Below are positions 41,831 to 53,732 of a stretch of 64,000 nucleotides of DNA, one piece after another. Below the pieces are notes generated by a model, which saw only the letters and a list, made by a program, of their open reading frames with translations, ran no database searches and was not told the origin of the DNA. The DNA lies in the NCBI GenBank assembly GCA_963693365.1, contig CAVNZM010000004.1:8655093-8719092 (forward strand). The letters are read 5' to 3'. The DNA comes from Amoebidium appalachense. Taxonomy: Eukaryota > Protista > Ichthyosporea. The translations under genes were made by a program, and so were the position numbers. The stretch's first letter is position 1. Each line of letters starts with the position of its first letter.

Positions 41831-42559
41831 AAAGAACTCTCGCCGCCCAGAAAAAGGAATCAGAGGATGTCGGGGGGGAGGGGGGGGGGGGGAGGGGGGG
41901 GAGGGGGGGGGGGGGGGGGGAGGGGGGGGGGGAGAGGAGGAAGGAGGGGGGGAGCTGGGGGCCACACTGGGGGCTGTGCGAATTTCAAAATGTGTGCATA
42001 TGTCTGTGTGTAAGTTTGGATTTTGTGTTCGTTTGTCACTGGGTGTGTTTGTGTGTGTGGTGTGTGTGTGTGTGGTCATTAGTATGATAAAAACCGTTAC
42101 GGGGCACTGCTCCATTTTCCGGACGTGGCTTTCAATCGAATATCATTGGCAAATACGTTGTGTAATTCCATTGGCTGTCCGGCTACATCCCAATTTCTAT
42201 TGGCGGAAGCGGCGAGCAGGTGACGGGACGGTCTGGGTGGTATAAAAGACAGTACCCAAGTATCGCGGGTCATGTTGTGTACGGTGTGGCACACATGTTT
42301 TCCCTCGCATTGGATTAAACTAAATCAACCCGTGTCTCTCCAAACTGTTTAGTTCTATCTTAGAAACCACTCTTCCTAATCTTTCGTAAGCCTTGTTTAT
42401 GCATCACTCCACACACAGACAGAACTTTACGGGGGGGGAACTCCGGCGGAGGGAGGGGGGGGGGGGGGGGGAGGGGGGGGGGGGGCATGGGGTTTACGGT
42501 GAGCGTCAGCACGTGGTGATGATTATGGCAATGGTGATGGTGGTGGTGGTGGTGTTTGT

Positions 42560-42646
<87 letters not shown>

Positions 42647-42655
42647 TGTATGTGT

Positions 42656-42707
<52 letters not shown>

Positions 42708-43132
42708 CACTGGGGGGGGGGGGGGGGGGGGGGGGGGCAGGAATTACCTTTCTCAATCATTCACGTGCCATATTCACCTGACATATGCAGACACAAGACA
42801 TTCAACGTGCCCTGTGACTTCAAATACGCGCCGCACTTTTTTAGTGACTGAGTGCTATACGTATGTGTGCACGGCAGCCTAGAAGTACCGTGGACCAGTA
42901 CCGTAGAATGTACTATGTAGTACTGTATCAATGCATTGGGTAAGACATTTGATGCATGTGTATGTCTGGGTTGGGGGGGATAGTCACGGCCAAGAAGTTG
43001 TGTTTGTGCAGAAAAGGAATGTTTGCGCATGCCCGTGTGTGTGTCACGGTGTGTGTGTGCGCGCGCATTCTTTATAATAACAATATCTCTTTTTTCATTT
43101 TTTTTTCTTTCAGAAATTTTCTTTGTGTGTGT

Positions 43133-43189
<57 letters not shown>

Positions 43190-43239
43190 GCCGTTTGTGT
43201 GTACCACGGTGTGTGTGTCAGTGTGCGCAGTGTGTGTGT

Positions 43240-43277
<38 letters not shown>

Positions 43278-43286
43278 GTGTGTGCG

Positions 43287-43322
<36 letters not shown>

Positions 43323-44440
43323 ACACAGTGTGTGCGTGTGTGCATGTGTGTGTGGGGGGGCGGGGTGTAACTTGTGTTTGCACGCCGTGTCGATATGTAA
43401 GCCTCAGTAGTACGTGTGTGCAACAACATCCGATTGAGTGCAGACATGTGGCGTATCGTCATCATAATAAGCGCACTTAGACTAAATAGCGTGCCGTACG
43501 TGCAGATGCGTCCTCATAATATGTACAGTAACTTCTATGTGTAACAGTTCAGCCTCCCCCCCCCCCCCCCCCCCCCTGCCCCCCCTCTCACCGCCAGAGA
43601 AAAGAACCATTCCGTCTCTCCTTACCCACCTTCCCCCCGCCGCCCCCCAACCCCCCACCCCTTCCGGAAGCCCCCGCCAGCCCAGGGCCTCTCGAAATCC
43701 CCCCCCCCCCTCCCCCGCCCTCCCGTAACTCTCCCCCCCCCCCCCCCCCTTCCCCCCCTCCCCCCGGCCCCTCTGGTCACGGTGGCGCAGCTGGAACATT
43801 TGCACTAGAATCTCTCTCGCTTAGAGTCTCAGGGAAAAGCCACATGTATTGTAGTGACTGTCTTGTTAACGTTCGATATAACATGCCAGGAGTTCTGGTC
43901 TTGCGAAAGTTGTGGAGCGGCTACGGGCTCTACCTATTCCTCTGCCACAAATTACAATCTAAGAAAATCTGACCTCTGCTCACTGAACTGGCATCATCAG
44001 TGCGCCGAATACAGCTTCCAAAAAGATCGCATGAATGCTCCCCCCTCCCCCCCCCCCTCCCCCCCCTCCCCCCTCCCCCCCCCCCCCTCCCCCCCTCCCC
44101 CCCCCCCCCCCCCCCCCCCGGCGCTCCCCCTGTGCAACGGCAGCACATTTGCGAGGGCAGCCAAAACATCATTATGCGACAAGAATAGCTTAGCCCAACA
44201 CACAGCATGATAATCATAACGCAAGCGTCCGCACAAATATGCGACTCCAGTAACAATCCCAAGCTGGCAAAATTTAATTTATGAGGTATTCACAGAATTT
44301 TAGGAACCTCCAAGCCTCATTGCAAGACTTTCGAGTCCTGGTATATATAGACATTTCCCTTGTATGATGCATAGCACAATACCCCCCCCCTCCCCCCACC
44401 CCCCCCCACCCCCCCCCGACCCTCTCCCCCTCCCCCTCAG

Positions 44441-44477
<37 letters not shown>

Positions 44478-44869
44478 TTCCCCCCCCTCCCGGCCCCTCC
44501 CCTCCCCCCTCCCCTCCCCCCTCCCCTCCCGCCGTTCCTCCTCTCCCCCCCCCCCCCCCCCCCCCCCCCCTCCCGCGCGAAGGCCCACTGGAGCTTCCCT
44601 GGGGACCCTCCTATGACATTGCGTAAGTTGTTTATGTTCTGGGGTAGTTGCTCGTGACCTGCAGCTTCCTCTAATTTTTTATTCTTTTTTTTTCGCCACT
44701 ACCGTACAGAAAGACCAACCTAATTTTTTTTTTTGCTGGATGCCTTCAAATTGAATACCCCGGCCCGGGGCCATACACGTAAACTTCCGGAGAGTCAACA
44801 GTACTTCTCACTTTGTTTCATAGTTGTCTAAGTGTGCCCCTGTCAAGGTAACTTACGGACTGGTGCAGG

Positions 44870-45290
44870 TGTGTTTTCCCCCGTGTTTTCATGATATGTT
44901 TTGAATTTCCTCCTTCTTTTGTCCTAGGTGATTTCCGTGTTTTTCTCTGTGGTTTGCTTATTATGTGTTTTTTCTCTGTCACGTTTGTGTGTGTTTTTCT
45001 CCGTGTTTTGTGTGGTTTTCTCCGTATACTATGCTTTCCTCTGTGTTTTGTGTGTCCTTGTTTTGCATGTTTTTCTTCGCGTTTTTTTGTGTTTTCTCAG
45101 GCCGTGTTTTGCGATTGTTTTTTCTACGTGTTTTGTGTGTTTTTTCTGTGTGTTTTGTGCGGTTTTGAAAATAACTTCCACGTGTTATTTAATGTCTTGC
45201 TCTATGTTGCTCTATGTTTTGTGTGCCATAATCTCCATATTCTACGTGTATCTTCCTCCGTGTTTTGTGCATCCGTGCTATGTGTTGTCT
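44870..45290. repeat. Degenerate (TGTGTTTT)-like low-complexity tract
   Basis: Repeating gtgtttt/tgtgtgtt motifs; yields spurious F/V/C-rich ORFs in three frames. Confidence 0.7.
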
Positions 45291-45695
45291 GAAATCTGTA
45301 TAGACAGTCATGTACAAGATTCTGCAAATTGGCCACTTGCACCATTTGTAGTTTAGAGGCATGCAACAAGATCACGTATTGAGAGACTTCAAAGCTTCTT
45401 CATTGGCCTTTTTTGTTTCTAATATTAAAAATTTGTATTACTACATAGGGAATAACGGTCCTGTCCTCGACCTGCAAATTATACATTTCAACTTTTATTT
45501 TTAAACCGTACAACTGGCACCGGGTACCCTGATAAAAGCGCACACACTATTGCATCAACAGTACACCCAAGTGGCAATGATTATCGACACCTAAATTAAC
45601 TAAATGTCCTCTTGCTAGTGCTAGTGACAGCTGCATATGGCCCCAATCCGAAGCCTAAGTTAAAATATAATCATTATATAATTTATAAACTAAGT

Positions 45696-47759
45696 TTATA
45701 ACGCTGTTCTCCGAAGCTCATAACTACTATTTGTCCACGGGGTCTGCAATGATGAAGAATGCAGTGCTGTTTGGGACCCAACCCCTGCCAGCGACGCGCG
45801 AAATGAAGGATTATGACTGGTTTGGGCGAGACTCTCCTGTTGCGTCATTAAGAAGATTTGTTCCTTAAGTTTCTGCCTCCTCCTCCTATTCCTCCTCCTC
45901 CAAACAACCGCTGTTAGTATGCAGCAAAAGCACAGACACAAAAGAAGAAACAAACCTCCCAACCCACCCAACACATAAATCATCATTCTATGTACCGACA
46001 CGCTTTGACTTGGTGCAGGTTCCGGTGAATTTGCGACAGGGCTTTCGTAGAAAACACCGAAATTTCCCTCCGTCATCAACTCCCCTGTATCCCTACGAAC
46101 ACCCCAAGCCGCAAAATCGCGCCGGCGCCGGCGTTGTGTTGTATCGAGGTAGTCAACAAGCACGGTCCACGTGAGCGTGATGTTGTTGCTGGTGGTGGTG
46201 GCGGCGGCACAGGTCAGCGCAGCCGTGACGGGGATGGGCATCTGAATTTCTTGTACAGCAGGTACATATGTTTGGGTAAGGTTGGTGATATCGGCGTAGG
46301 GAGGTGCATAAGGGGTGCAGTCGCCATCGGACGTGCGCTTGAATGCGGTGACATTAGCCCCAGACAGACCCACCCCAGTGGCGTTGGTCCAAATGCGGAT
46401 GGACCAATAGGAAGTGGCGCCGAGGTCGAAGACGGACGTGGGGCGGGTGGTGGCGTAGGTGGTGTCCTCGCGGAGAACAACATCGAGGGTGAACAGGGCT
46501 GAGAGGTTGAACTCGGTGACATTGCAGAAGTTGTTGGTGCTGATGAAGAACTCGATGTCGGCAAAGTTGGAGAGCATGTTGGGGCAGGTGCCTGCAGCAA
46601 CGCTGCTTGCCTGGCAGCCAATGGGCACGTTGAGGGCCTTGTACTGGCCCGTCATGTCGCAGCTGGTGATGTTGAACTCGATGGTGCTGTCGCAGATCTC
46701 GTTGACGGCCAGGCCGTTGCAGCCCGCACCCAGCACCCAGTTGCTGGCATTGGACGTGGGGATGTTCATGTTGGTCATCGTGAGCGAGCCGTTGGCCCCG
46801 CCCGCAATGGTGTAGGGGGCCGGCAAGTTTACGGTGATGATGATGGACGACGTGTTGACGCCGTCGACCTCCTTGACGCCCAGCTTGGTGATGACGGCCT
46901 GCAGGTCGGCCTGGGGGCAGTTGACGGTGATGGTGGCCGACACCGTGCCCTCGCGGTTGATCTGCACACGCAGCTTGGCAACGGCATTGCCGTCACGCGT
47001 CACGGGCACACGCAGGTCCTTCGTATCCGTTATTCTGACAACTCTCTCTTTCATATCCACAGATATATCGGTGAGATAATTTACGAACTTTGGGTCTGAA
47101 ATATTGTCAATTGCCACACCACAGTTGCCCAGTCGGTTAAAAAGCACGGAAAAAAGGACGGATGCACGGCACGTGTCGCCGTAGACAACAAATTTGTAGT
47201 CGGTAAGAGAAGGGTTAGAATTTGAACCGCCGGTCCCATCTTCGAGATATGAGCAATTTCCAAACGAGATATCTGCGACGTAGCGCGTTTCAAACCAGTA
47301 GCCCAAATCTAGTTCTATGTTCACTTTGTTGTTTCTAATGTTTGGATTCGTAATTCCGACGGAGAAATTCGCTTGCAGTGCGTATGGATAGGCCAATTTA
47401 CAAGGAGTGCCAAGGGTGCGGTGAATAATTGCGATGGAATATATATCGATTTTCACGTTGGGTTTGGGCACCTCGAACACGTAGGGCACGTCGGTGCCGG
47501 GAACCAAAAACGTTGTGTTGTCGGCACCAGTTACAGAAATGCTCTCATTGATAACGATGGGTGCATTGATTGTGTGTTTGCCTGACATAAACATAACTGT
47601 ATCTCCAGAACGTGCCGTTGATATCTTCGTTGCTGCATTTTCGCTCGGCAATATTTGTATTTGGGCCGCTTGTATGACGTTCACTAGTTGGGCAAGTCCA
47701 ACGAGACAGAAGCACATGTAGTGACGGAAAGAGTTCCCTGCAGCAGCTCGCTTTGCCAT
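45696..47759 (-). CDS. Intronless type-I single-pass membrane glycoprotein with a beta-helix-type N-terminal cap and a ZP-/FRAS1-FREM-C-terminal-like ectodomain
   Basis: 694-codon ORF, first ATG at 47759. Signal peptide (..MCFCLVGLAQLVNVIQA). ARSGDTVMFMSGKHTINAPIVINESISVTGA matches the typical start of right-handed beta-helix proteins. Many N-x-S/T sites and cysteines; RRRRR furin site; TM helix IYVLGGLGGLFLLLCLCFCCILTAVVW followed by RRRNRRRR; short Ser-rich tail. The CDS call is strong; the family assignment is inference. Confidence 0.85.
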   Translation of the reverse strand: MAKRAAAGNSFRHYMCFCLVGLAQLVNVIQAAQIQILPSENAATKISTARSGDTVMFMSGKHTINAPIVINESISVTGADNTTFLVPGTDVPYVFEVPKPNVKIDIYSIAIIHRTLGTPCKLAYPYALQANFSVGITNPNIRNNKVNIELDLGYWFETRYVADISFGNCSYLEDGTGGSNSNPSLTDYKFVVYGDTCRASVLFSVLFNRLGNCGVAIDNISDPKFVNYLTDISVDMKERVVRITDTKDLRVPVTRDGNAVAKLRVQINREGTVSATITVNCPQADLQAVITKLGVKEVDGVNTSSIIITVNLPAPYTIAGGANGSLTMTNMNIPTSNASNWVLGAGCNGLAVNEICDSTIEFNITSCDMTGQYKALNVPIGCQASSVAAGTCPNMLSNFADIEFFISTNNFCNVTEFNLSALFTLDVVLREDTTYATTRPTSVFDLGATSYWSIRIWTNATGVGLSGANVTAFKRTSDGDCTPYAPPYADITNLTQTYVPAVQEIQMPIPVTAALTCAAATTTSNNITLTWTVLVDYLDTTQRRRRRDFAAWGVRRDTGELMTEGNFGVFYESPVANSPEPAPSQSVSVHRMMIYVLGGLGGLFLLLCLCFCCILTAVVWRRRNRRRRQKLKEQIFLMTQQESLAQTSHNPSFRASLAGVGSQTALHSSSLQTPWTNSSYELRRTAL

Positions 47760-48964
47760 TCTTTGAAACACTGTGTGCACGTGTGTGTTATGCGGTCAAA
47801 AACATAGTTTAATTTCCAGCTTAGGTTCTTGCCTAAGTTTTAAACTACAATGTGCTAGTGGTGGCTATTACAGCTGACAATTTATTCTCTAGATCTGCAG
47901 GCTAGATGATGTAGGTCCTTACGGTAACCTGATAATGTTTAGATTTGAGTAGGGATCAGCTGGGGATGATACTGGTGTGTGTGTGTGCGCGAACAAAAAA
48001 AAAGAGAGGAAGACCGCCTGAGGCCATTAATATACGGTATGTATCGGTTTTTGTGCTCTGACTACCGTAAAGGTTGATAAGCCACATCAGGGGGAAAAAA
48101 AAGTCGAGATCCACTGAGTTCTGCATTGACTAACAGAATCACCTGTAACCAGCACAGTTGCAATCAAACACATCAAACGCAGATTGTTAAATGACTAAAC
48201 ACCACCACCGCTTGGCACTAACCACAAATAACTAGTTTTTGAAGGGCCTAACTTCTATAGCTATGTTTAATATATGTAAAGTGTGTATGTAAGTGACGTG
48301 CGTATTACAGTGTGTAGCTCAGTCAGTCCAAGCTTGGGTCAGTGAGTCACCTTGATAAGTTCAACTGCCCACATTCCTGAGGAAATCGGCACGCGGAATG
48401 ATTGGTCTTTTCAGATAAGTTCATCCAATCAGACTGCAAGCCTCAAAATTGGCGCGCATTTTATATCTTGGCACTTGTGCTTGTAGTGGCCCGTAGGGGA
48501 AAACATTTGTCGTTTTGCTCTCTCCACCCACAATGCCTCAAGTTTGGTCCTCCTTCTATATCGAATGCTACATACTGTTCAAAATGCATATATGAAAATG
48601 CGGCTTACGGGAATAATTAGGGATGCCCCCCGCGCGGCCCTTACTAATTATAAATTAAAGCCTTTTACCTGCCCGCATTCCACGGTGGGGTTTCCCCACA
48701 TGTACACGCGTCGCCCGTATGCGTGACGTAGAGTCGAAGTTCACGGCCGCGGAGATCTGCCGCCAGCACCGCTGGGACGGACATTTTGTGCGCGGTATGC
48801 TCCGGATCACAGCTACGTAGACCATGATAAATAAAACTACAAAAAAAGTAGGAATAAGGCCCAAAGTGAAAGTCAATCCCAGCGAATTTCCCTTTGTAAG
48901 TTTTATTTTAACGCACTCGAAATTTATTTTCTTCGAAAACGAGGAGATCTAGAGGAGAAGCCTT

Positions 48965-49100
<136 letters not shown>

Positions 49101-49102
49101 AC

Positions 49103-49141
<39 letters not shown>

Positions 49142-49836
49142 GCAAACGTTTGAGCAGTTTGGCTATGCATAGGCATCCATAAAAAAACATCTAAAAAGTA
49201 GGAATAGGCATCCATAAAAAACAACTAAAAGATTAGGGATATGAGGAGGCCTTGCAAGTATGACTTGTTTCAACGGTGACCCGTCTATCATGATCGATGA
49301 CGTGGCGTTTGTGGCACTGCACGTGAATTTGTAAACCTGTGTGGAGTGGCTATGCATGATGCATGTGCCACACCACAGTGTGTAATTTGGTGTGCACGCG
49401 CGATTAATAATAGTATTTCAAAATTGTCACGAGTTCAGGTGTGTGTGCGTGCATGTCTCTCTCTGACAGTGTGTGTGTGTGTTGTGTGCGTGCTTGTGTG
49501 TGCGTGTGCGTGCGTGTGTGCGTGTGTGTATGTGTGTGTGTGTGTGTGTGTTGTGTGTGTGACTGTGACTGTGTGACACTGTGTGTGTGTGTGTGTCTGT
49601 GTGGGTGGGTGTGACTGTGTGTTTGTGTTCACGGTGCAGGCCTAAAAGACAAACTTTTCAAGTGTGCAGTTTTTGAGTATCCAGCCTCAAGGGTGGGCCC
49701 AAGTTGTGACGCGCGCGCATGTGTGTACGATGCTGTGTGAGTGGTCAGCACAGACTGAATGACTCTGCTGTGTTTGTGATCCCCCCCCCCCCCCCCCCCC
49801 CCTCCCTCCCCACACACCTTTTTTTTTTGTTTTTTT

Positions 49837-49900
<64 letters not shown>

Positions 49901-50112
49901 ACAAGTGGCCAAGGTACACAAATGCAATTCTTTATTTTTTTTAGGTCAACAGAGCACCTTTAACGGATAAGATGTGCTATTTAAGGAAGTAACAATCAAA
50001 CGGAGGTTAATTCTTTGAATTTATCAGGGTTATTTCATTGTATTGTGCAAAGGAACAAAAAGAGTGGTTTCTAATTGACAAACATGCATGCAATCGACGA
50101 GCGCACGTGGAC

Positions 50113-50216
<104 letters not shown>

Positions 50217-50386
50217 ACGCGCACAAGCGCATGAGTACATGGTGTGTGTGTGTCTGTGTGCCTCTGTGTGTGCGTTTGTGTCTGTTTGCATGTGTACGCA
50301 TGGCATGATCAAGACGAGCAATCAACGTGAAGCACAAGTGACAAAAACGATGTTACGGTAACGTTGCACAACGTGACCAGTCGTTT

Positions 50387-50941
50387 TTAGTTCCAGACCT
50401 TGAGGAAGCTGTCCCACGAGCCCGTGCACAGAGCCATGCCGTCCACAGACACACCGAGGCACGACACACGGTTTTCGTGCCCTGGAAAGGGAGGGGAAAA
50501 AAAGAAAAAGAAAAAAGTTGAAAATATAAGAAGGTGTAAACCGGATAACAGAAATGTTATGGAAATGGTGATGGTGTGGTGGTGGCCGGAGGAGGAGGGG
50601 GGGGGGGGGGGAGGATGGATTTGAAGGTGGGACACAACCTAAGGGCATGGTGCAGGGGGCCCCACGATAAGGCCTGCAATCAAAAACACAGCCACAATGA
50701 TACAAAACGCACACTATCCTCTTCAATTATCACCTCGGATTCAGACTGTCTTCCCATTTGTCGAAGAAAGAGGGGGAGGGGGGAGGGGCGGGGGGGGGGA
50801 AGGGGGGAGATGTCTGCACCAAAGGATAGCAACCATGACAGCAAACCCATTAAAAAACCACAAAATAAAAACGCACAAAGCAAAATAATACCGTGCAGGG
50901 CGGCCGGGCGGCCGGGCACGAGGAGGAGGAGGAGGGTGCGA

Positions 50942-50983
<42 letters not shown>

Positions 50984-51113
50984 GGGGTTTACCGGAAAGG
51001 GTGCCTGAGCGGGTGCCCTTGAGGGTGTCCCACACGTTGCAGTTGAAGTCATCGTAGCCGGCAAACAACAGACGGCCAGACTTGGAGAACCCAACGGACG
51101 TGATGCCTGTGTG

Positions 51114-51200
<87 letters not shown>

Positions 51201-51341
51201 ATGTGTGTGCGTGCGTGTTTGTGTGTGTGTGTGCATGTGTGGGAGTATGCGTTATGAGGCGGGTTAACATGGGAGTGTACCCTAGAGAGCATTACACAAT
51301 GGTAAAGGCAAGCGGAGGGTGCCGTGGAGGTGTGTGTGTGT

Positions 51342-51372
<31 letters not shown>

Positions 51373-51541
51373 GAGGAGGATAAAAAGTACGAAGTGCAAA
51401 TCAGCACGAATAACACAATGCAGATACACAAACGTTGGGCCGGGGGGGGGGGGGGGGGGAGGGGGGGTAGCATGTGATACGGAGTACGAAGCACACATTC
51501 ACAACGAACAACACAATGCAGTGTCCGGGAAGGGGGGGAAA

Positions 51542-51575
<34 letters not shown>

Positions 51576-52032
51576 GTAGTCCTTGGTGTGTGTGGGCGTA
51601 TTGATAGGGATGCCAGGCAAGTATGCGTAATGATGTACATGCGGGTAAGATAGGTGGCCATGCCCATGGAGGAAAGGAGCAAGGAAGAAAGGCAGAAAAG
51701 GGGAATGAAGGGCGAGGGTGCAGTTGATGTGCAACAGGTGGGATGGCGGCAACCGGGGAGTGTTTGTGGAGGGCCGCGCTCACGGCGACGTATGGGAGGA
51801 TGTCCGTGATGTGTGCATGTGTGTGTGTGTGTGTGTGCATGTGTGTCTGTGTGCGTCTGTGTGTGTGTTGTGTACGCGCGCATGTGGATGTGGATGTGGA
51901 TGTGCACGTGCATGTAAGCGTGTGCCTGCGCATGTGCATGTGGGTGCGCTGTGTGCGTGTGCGTGTGCTGTGTGCATGCATGCGTGTTTGCGTCTGGATG
52001 CCATGTGTGTGTGCGCGCACATGTGTGTGCGT

Positions 52033-52080
<48 letters not shown>

Positions 52081-52396
52081 GGGATAGGTTACCGCAAAGG
52101 ATGCTGTCGTGGGTGTAGACGTTCATTTCGGTGTCTGCACGGACATCGAACAGACGGCACGAGGAGTCATCGGACCCCGTGGCAAAGGCCTGCACGTGCA
52201 CGGCTAGGTGAGGACGGCAGCATACACGCAAGTGCCGCAAGCACACACCGGCAGACACATGCATGGACAAACACACACACACACACGTACACAAACAAAA
52301 GCGAGCACATACGACACGCGCACGCACACAAAACACACACACACACACACACAGAGAGAGAGAGAAAGAGAAAGATATAGTGAGGGAGAGGAAGAA

Positions 52397-52439
<43 letters not shown>

Positions 52440-53699
52440 TGGGAGGGAGGGAGGGACATGCGCAAGCAAAAAAAATAAATAAATAAAGGACATCCACATC
52501 CACATGCACATGCACACACGAGGAATAAAGTAGCACACATCCATTGGCATGCGTTAGATAAGTGGAACGGACAATGCCGGGACCTTGTGTGTGTGTGTGT
52601 GTGTGTTGGGGGGGGGGGGGGGGGGGGTTGAATGCGGAACACGGCACGAAGTACGCATACACGAAGGACACATGCAAAGGCAAACATTCAAGTATGCAAC
52701 ATAGCCATGCGCGCAGTATGCGTCATAAGCAGAGCCCATCCTCAGGGAGGGCCCAAGTCATCAATTGCGTCTGAGTTTCGACCCCTTAGCCCGCGTATAT
52801 ACGACCCTCCAACTCAGACAGCAGCATCAACTGAACTTGGGAGGGTCAACCCGTCTTGATCAAAGACGAGCAGGGTTGCTTATGCAAGCAAGGTGAGCAA
52901 AACGGTGAATATGTGTGTGCAAACTAATGCAGTGCAGCGAAAAATGCGAATGTGCTTACAGATGCACGACACAGAGCAACCATGCCCGGTTGCATTTGGG
53001 GGGGGGGACGAAATAGCGGTTGAAATCCATATCCTGAAAATAAAGCAGGAGTTGGAAGACAACGGTAGAAATAAAGGATTACAACGAAAACTGAACAGAA
53101 TGTCCTAGGTCAGTATGTGTGGATACAGGGCCGTTGTTAGGTGGGTGTGATTGTGTATATGTGTGTGGGTGCGTGCGAGCCGCGCGCGTGCATGTGTGCG
53201 GGTCCGCGTGTGTGTGCCAACAAGCATGCAGGTGTGTGTGCGGATGCGCCGCGCCCAATGTACTGTGTGTGTGTGTGTGCGCGCCTATATATGTGTGTGT
53301 GCGCGTGCCTGTGGACTTTGGTGTGTGTGCATGTATGCCTGCATGTATATCTGCAACACAAGCAAATATACCCCCCTCTCCCCCCCCCCCCCTCCCCCCG
53401 CCCCCCTCCCCCCCCTTTTTTTTTCTCGTTTTTAAGGGGTGCATACATCTCCACCCGGGAACAGAGCCACGGCGTTGATGTCAGACTCGTGGCCGGTGAA
53501 GGTCTGCACACACTTGCCAGACCGGATGTCCCAGTGCTTGGCAGTGGCATCACATGCACCTAAATTAGAGATGTGAAAAACGAGAGGTTAGATTTGTGTG
53601 TGTGTGTGCTGAGGAAGGAGGGGGGGGGGAGGAATTGATGTGGAACATAAGTCTCCCGTTCGTGGAATGGGTTTGGGGGTTGTGTGCGTGCGTGTTCGT

Positions 53700-53732
<33 letters not shown>

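Noticed and set aside
44891-45356. Hydrophobic F/V/C-rich ORFs resembling membrane proteins
   Set aside because: Open in three frames because of a stop-poor TG/T-rich degenerate repeat.
52730-52791. Hammerhead-ribozyme-like words (CTGAGGA, CGAAAC) on the minus strand of the G-beta intron repeat
   Set aside because: The required stems II/III and the GUH cleavage triplet could not be formed by eye.
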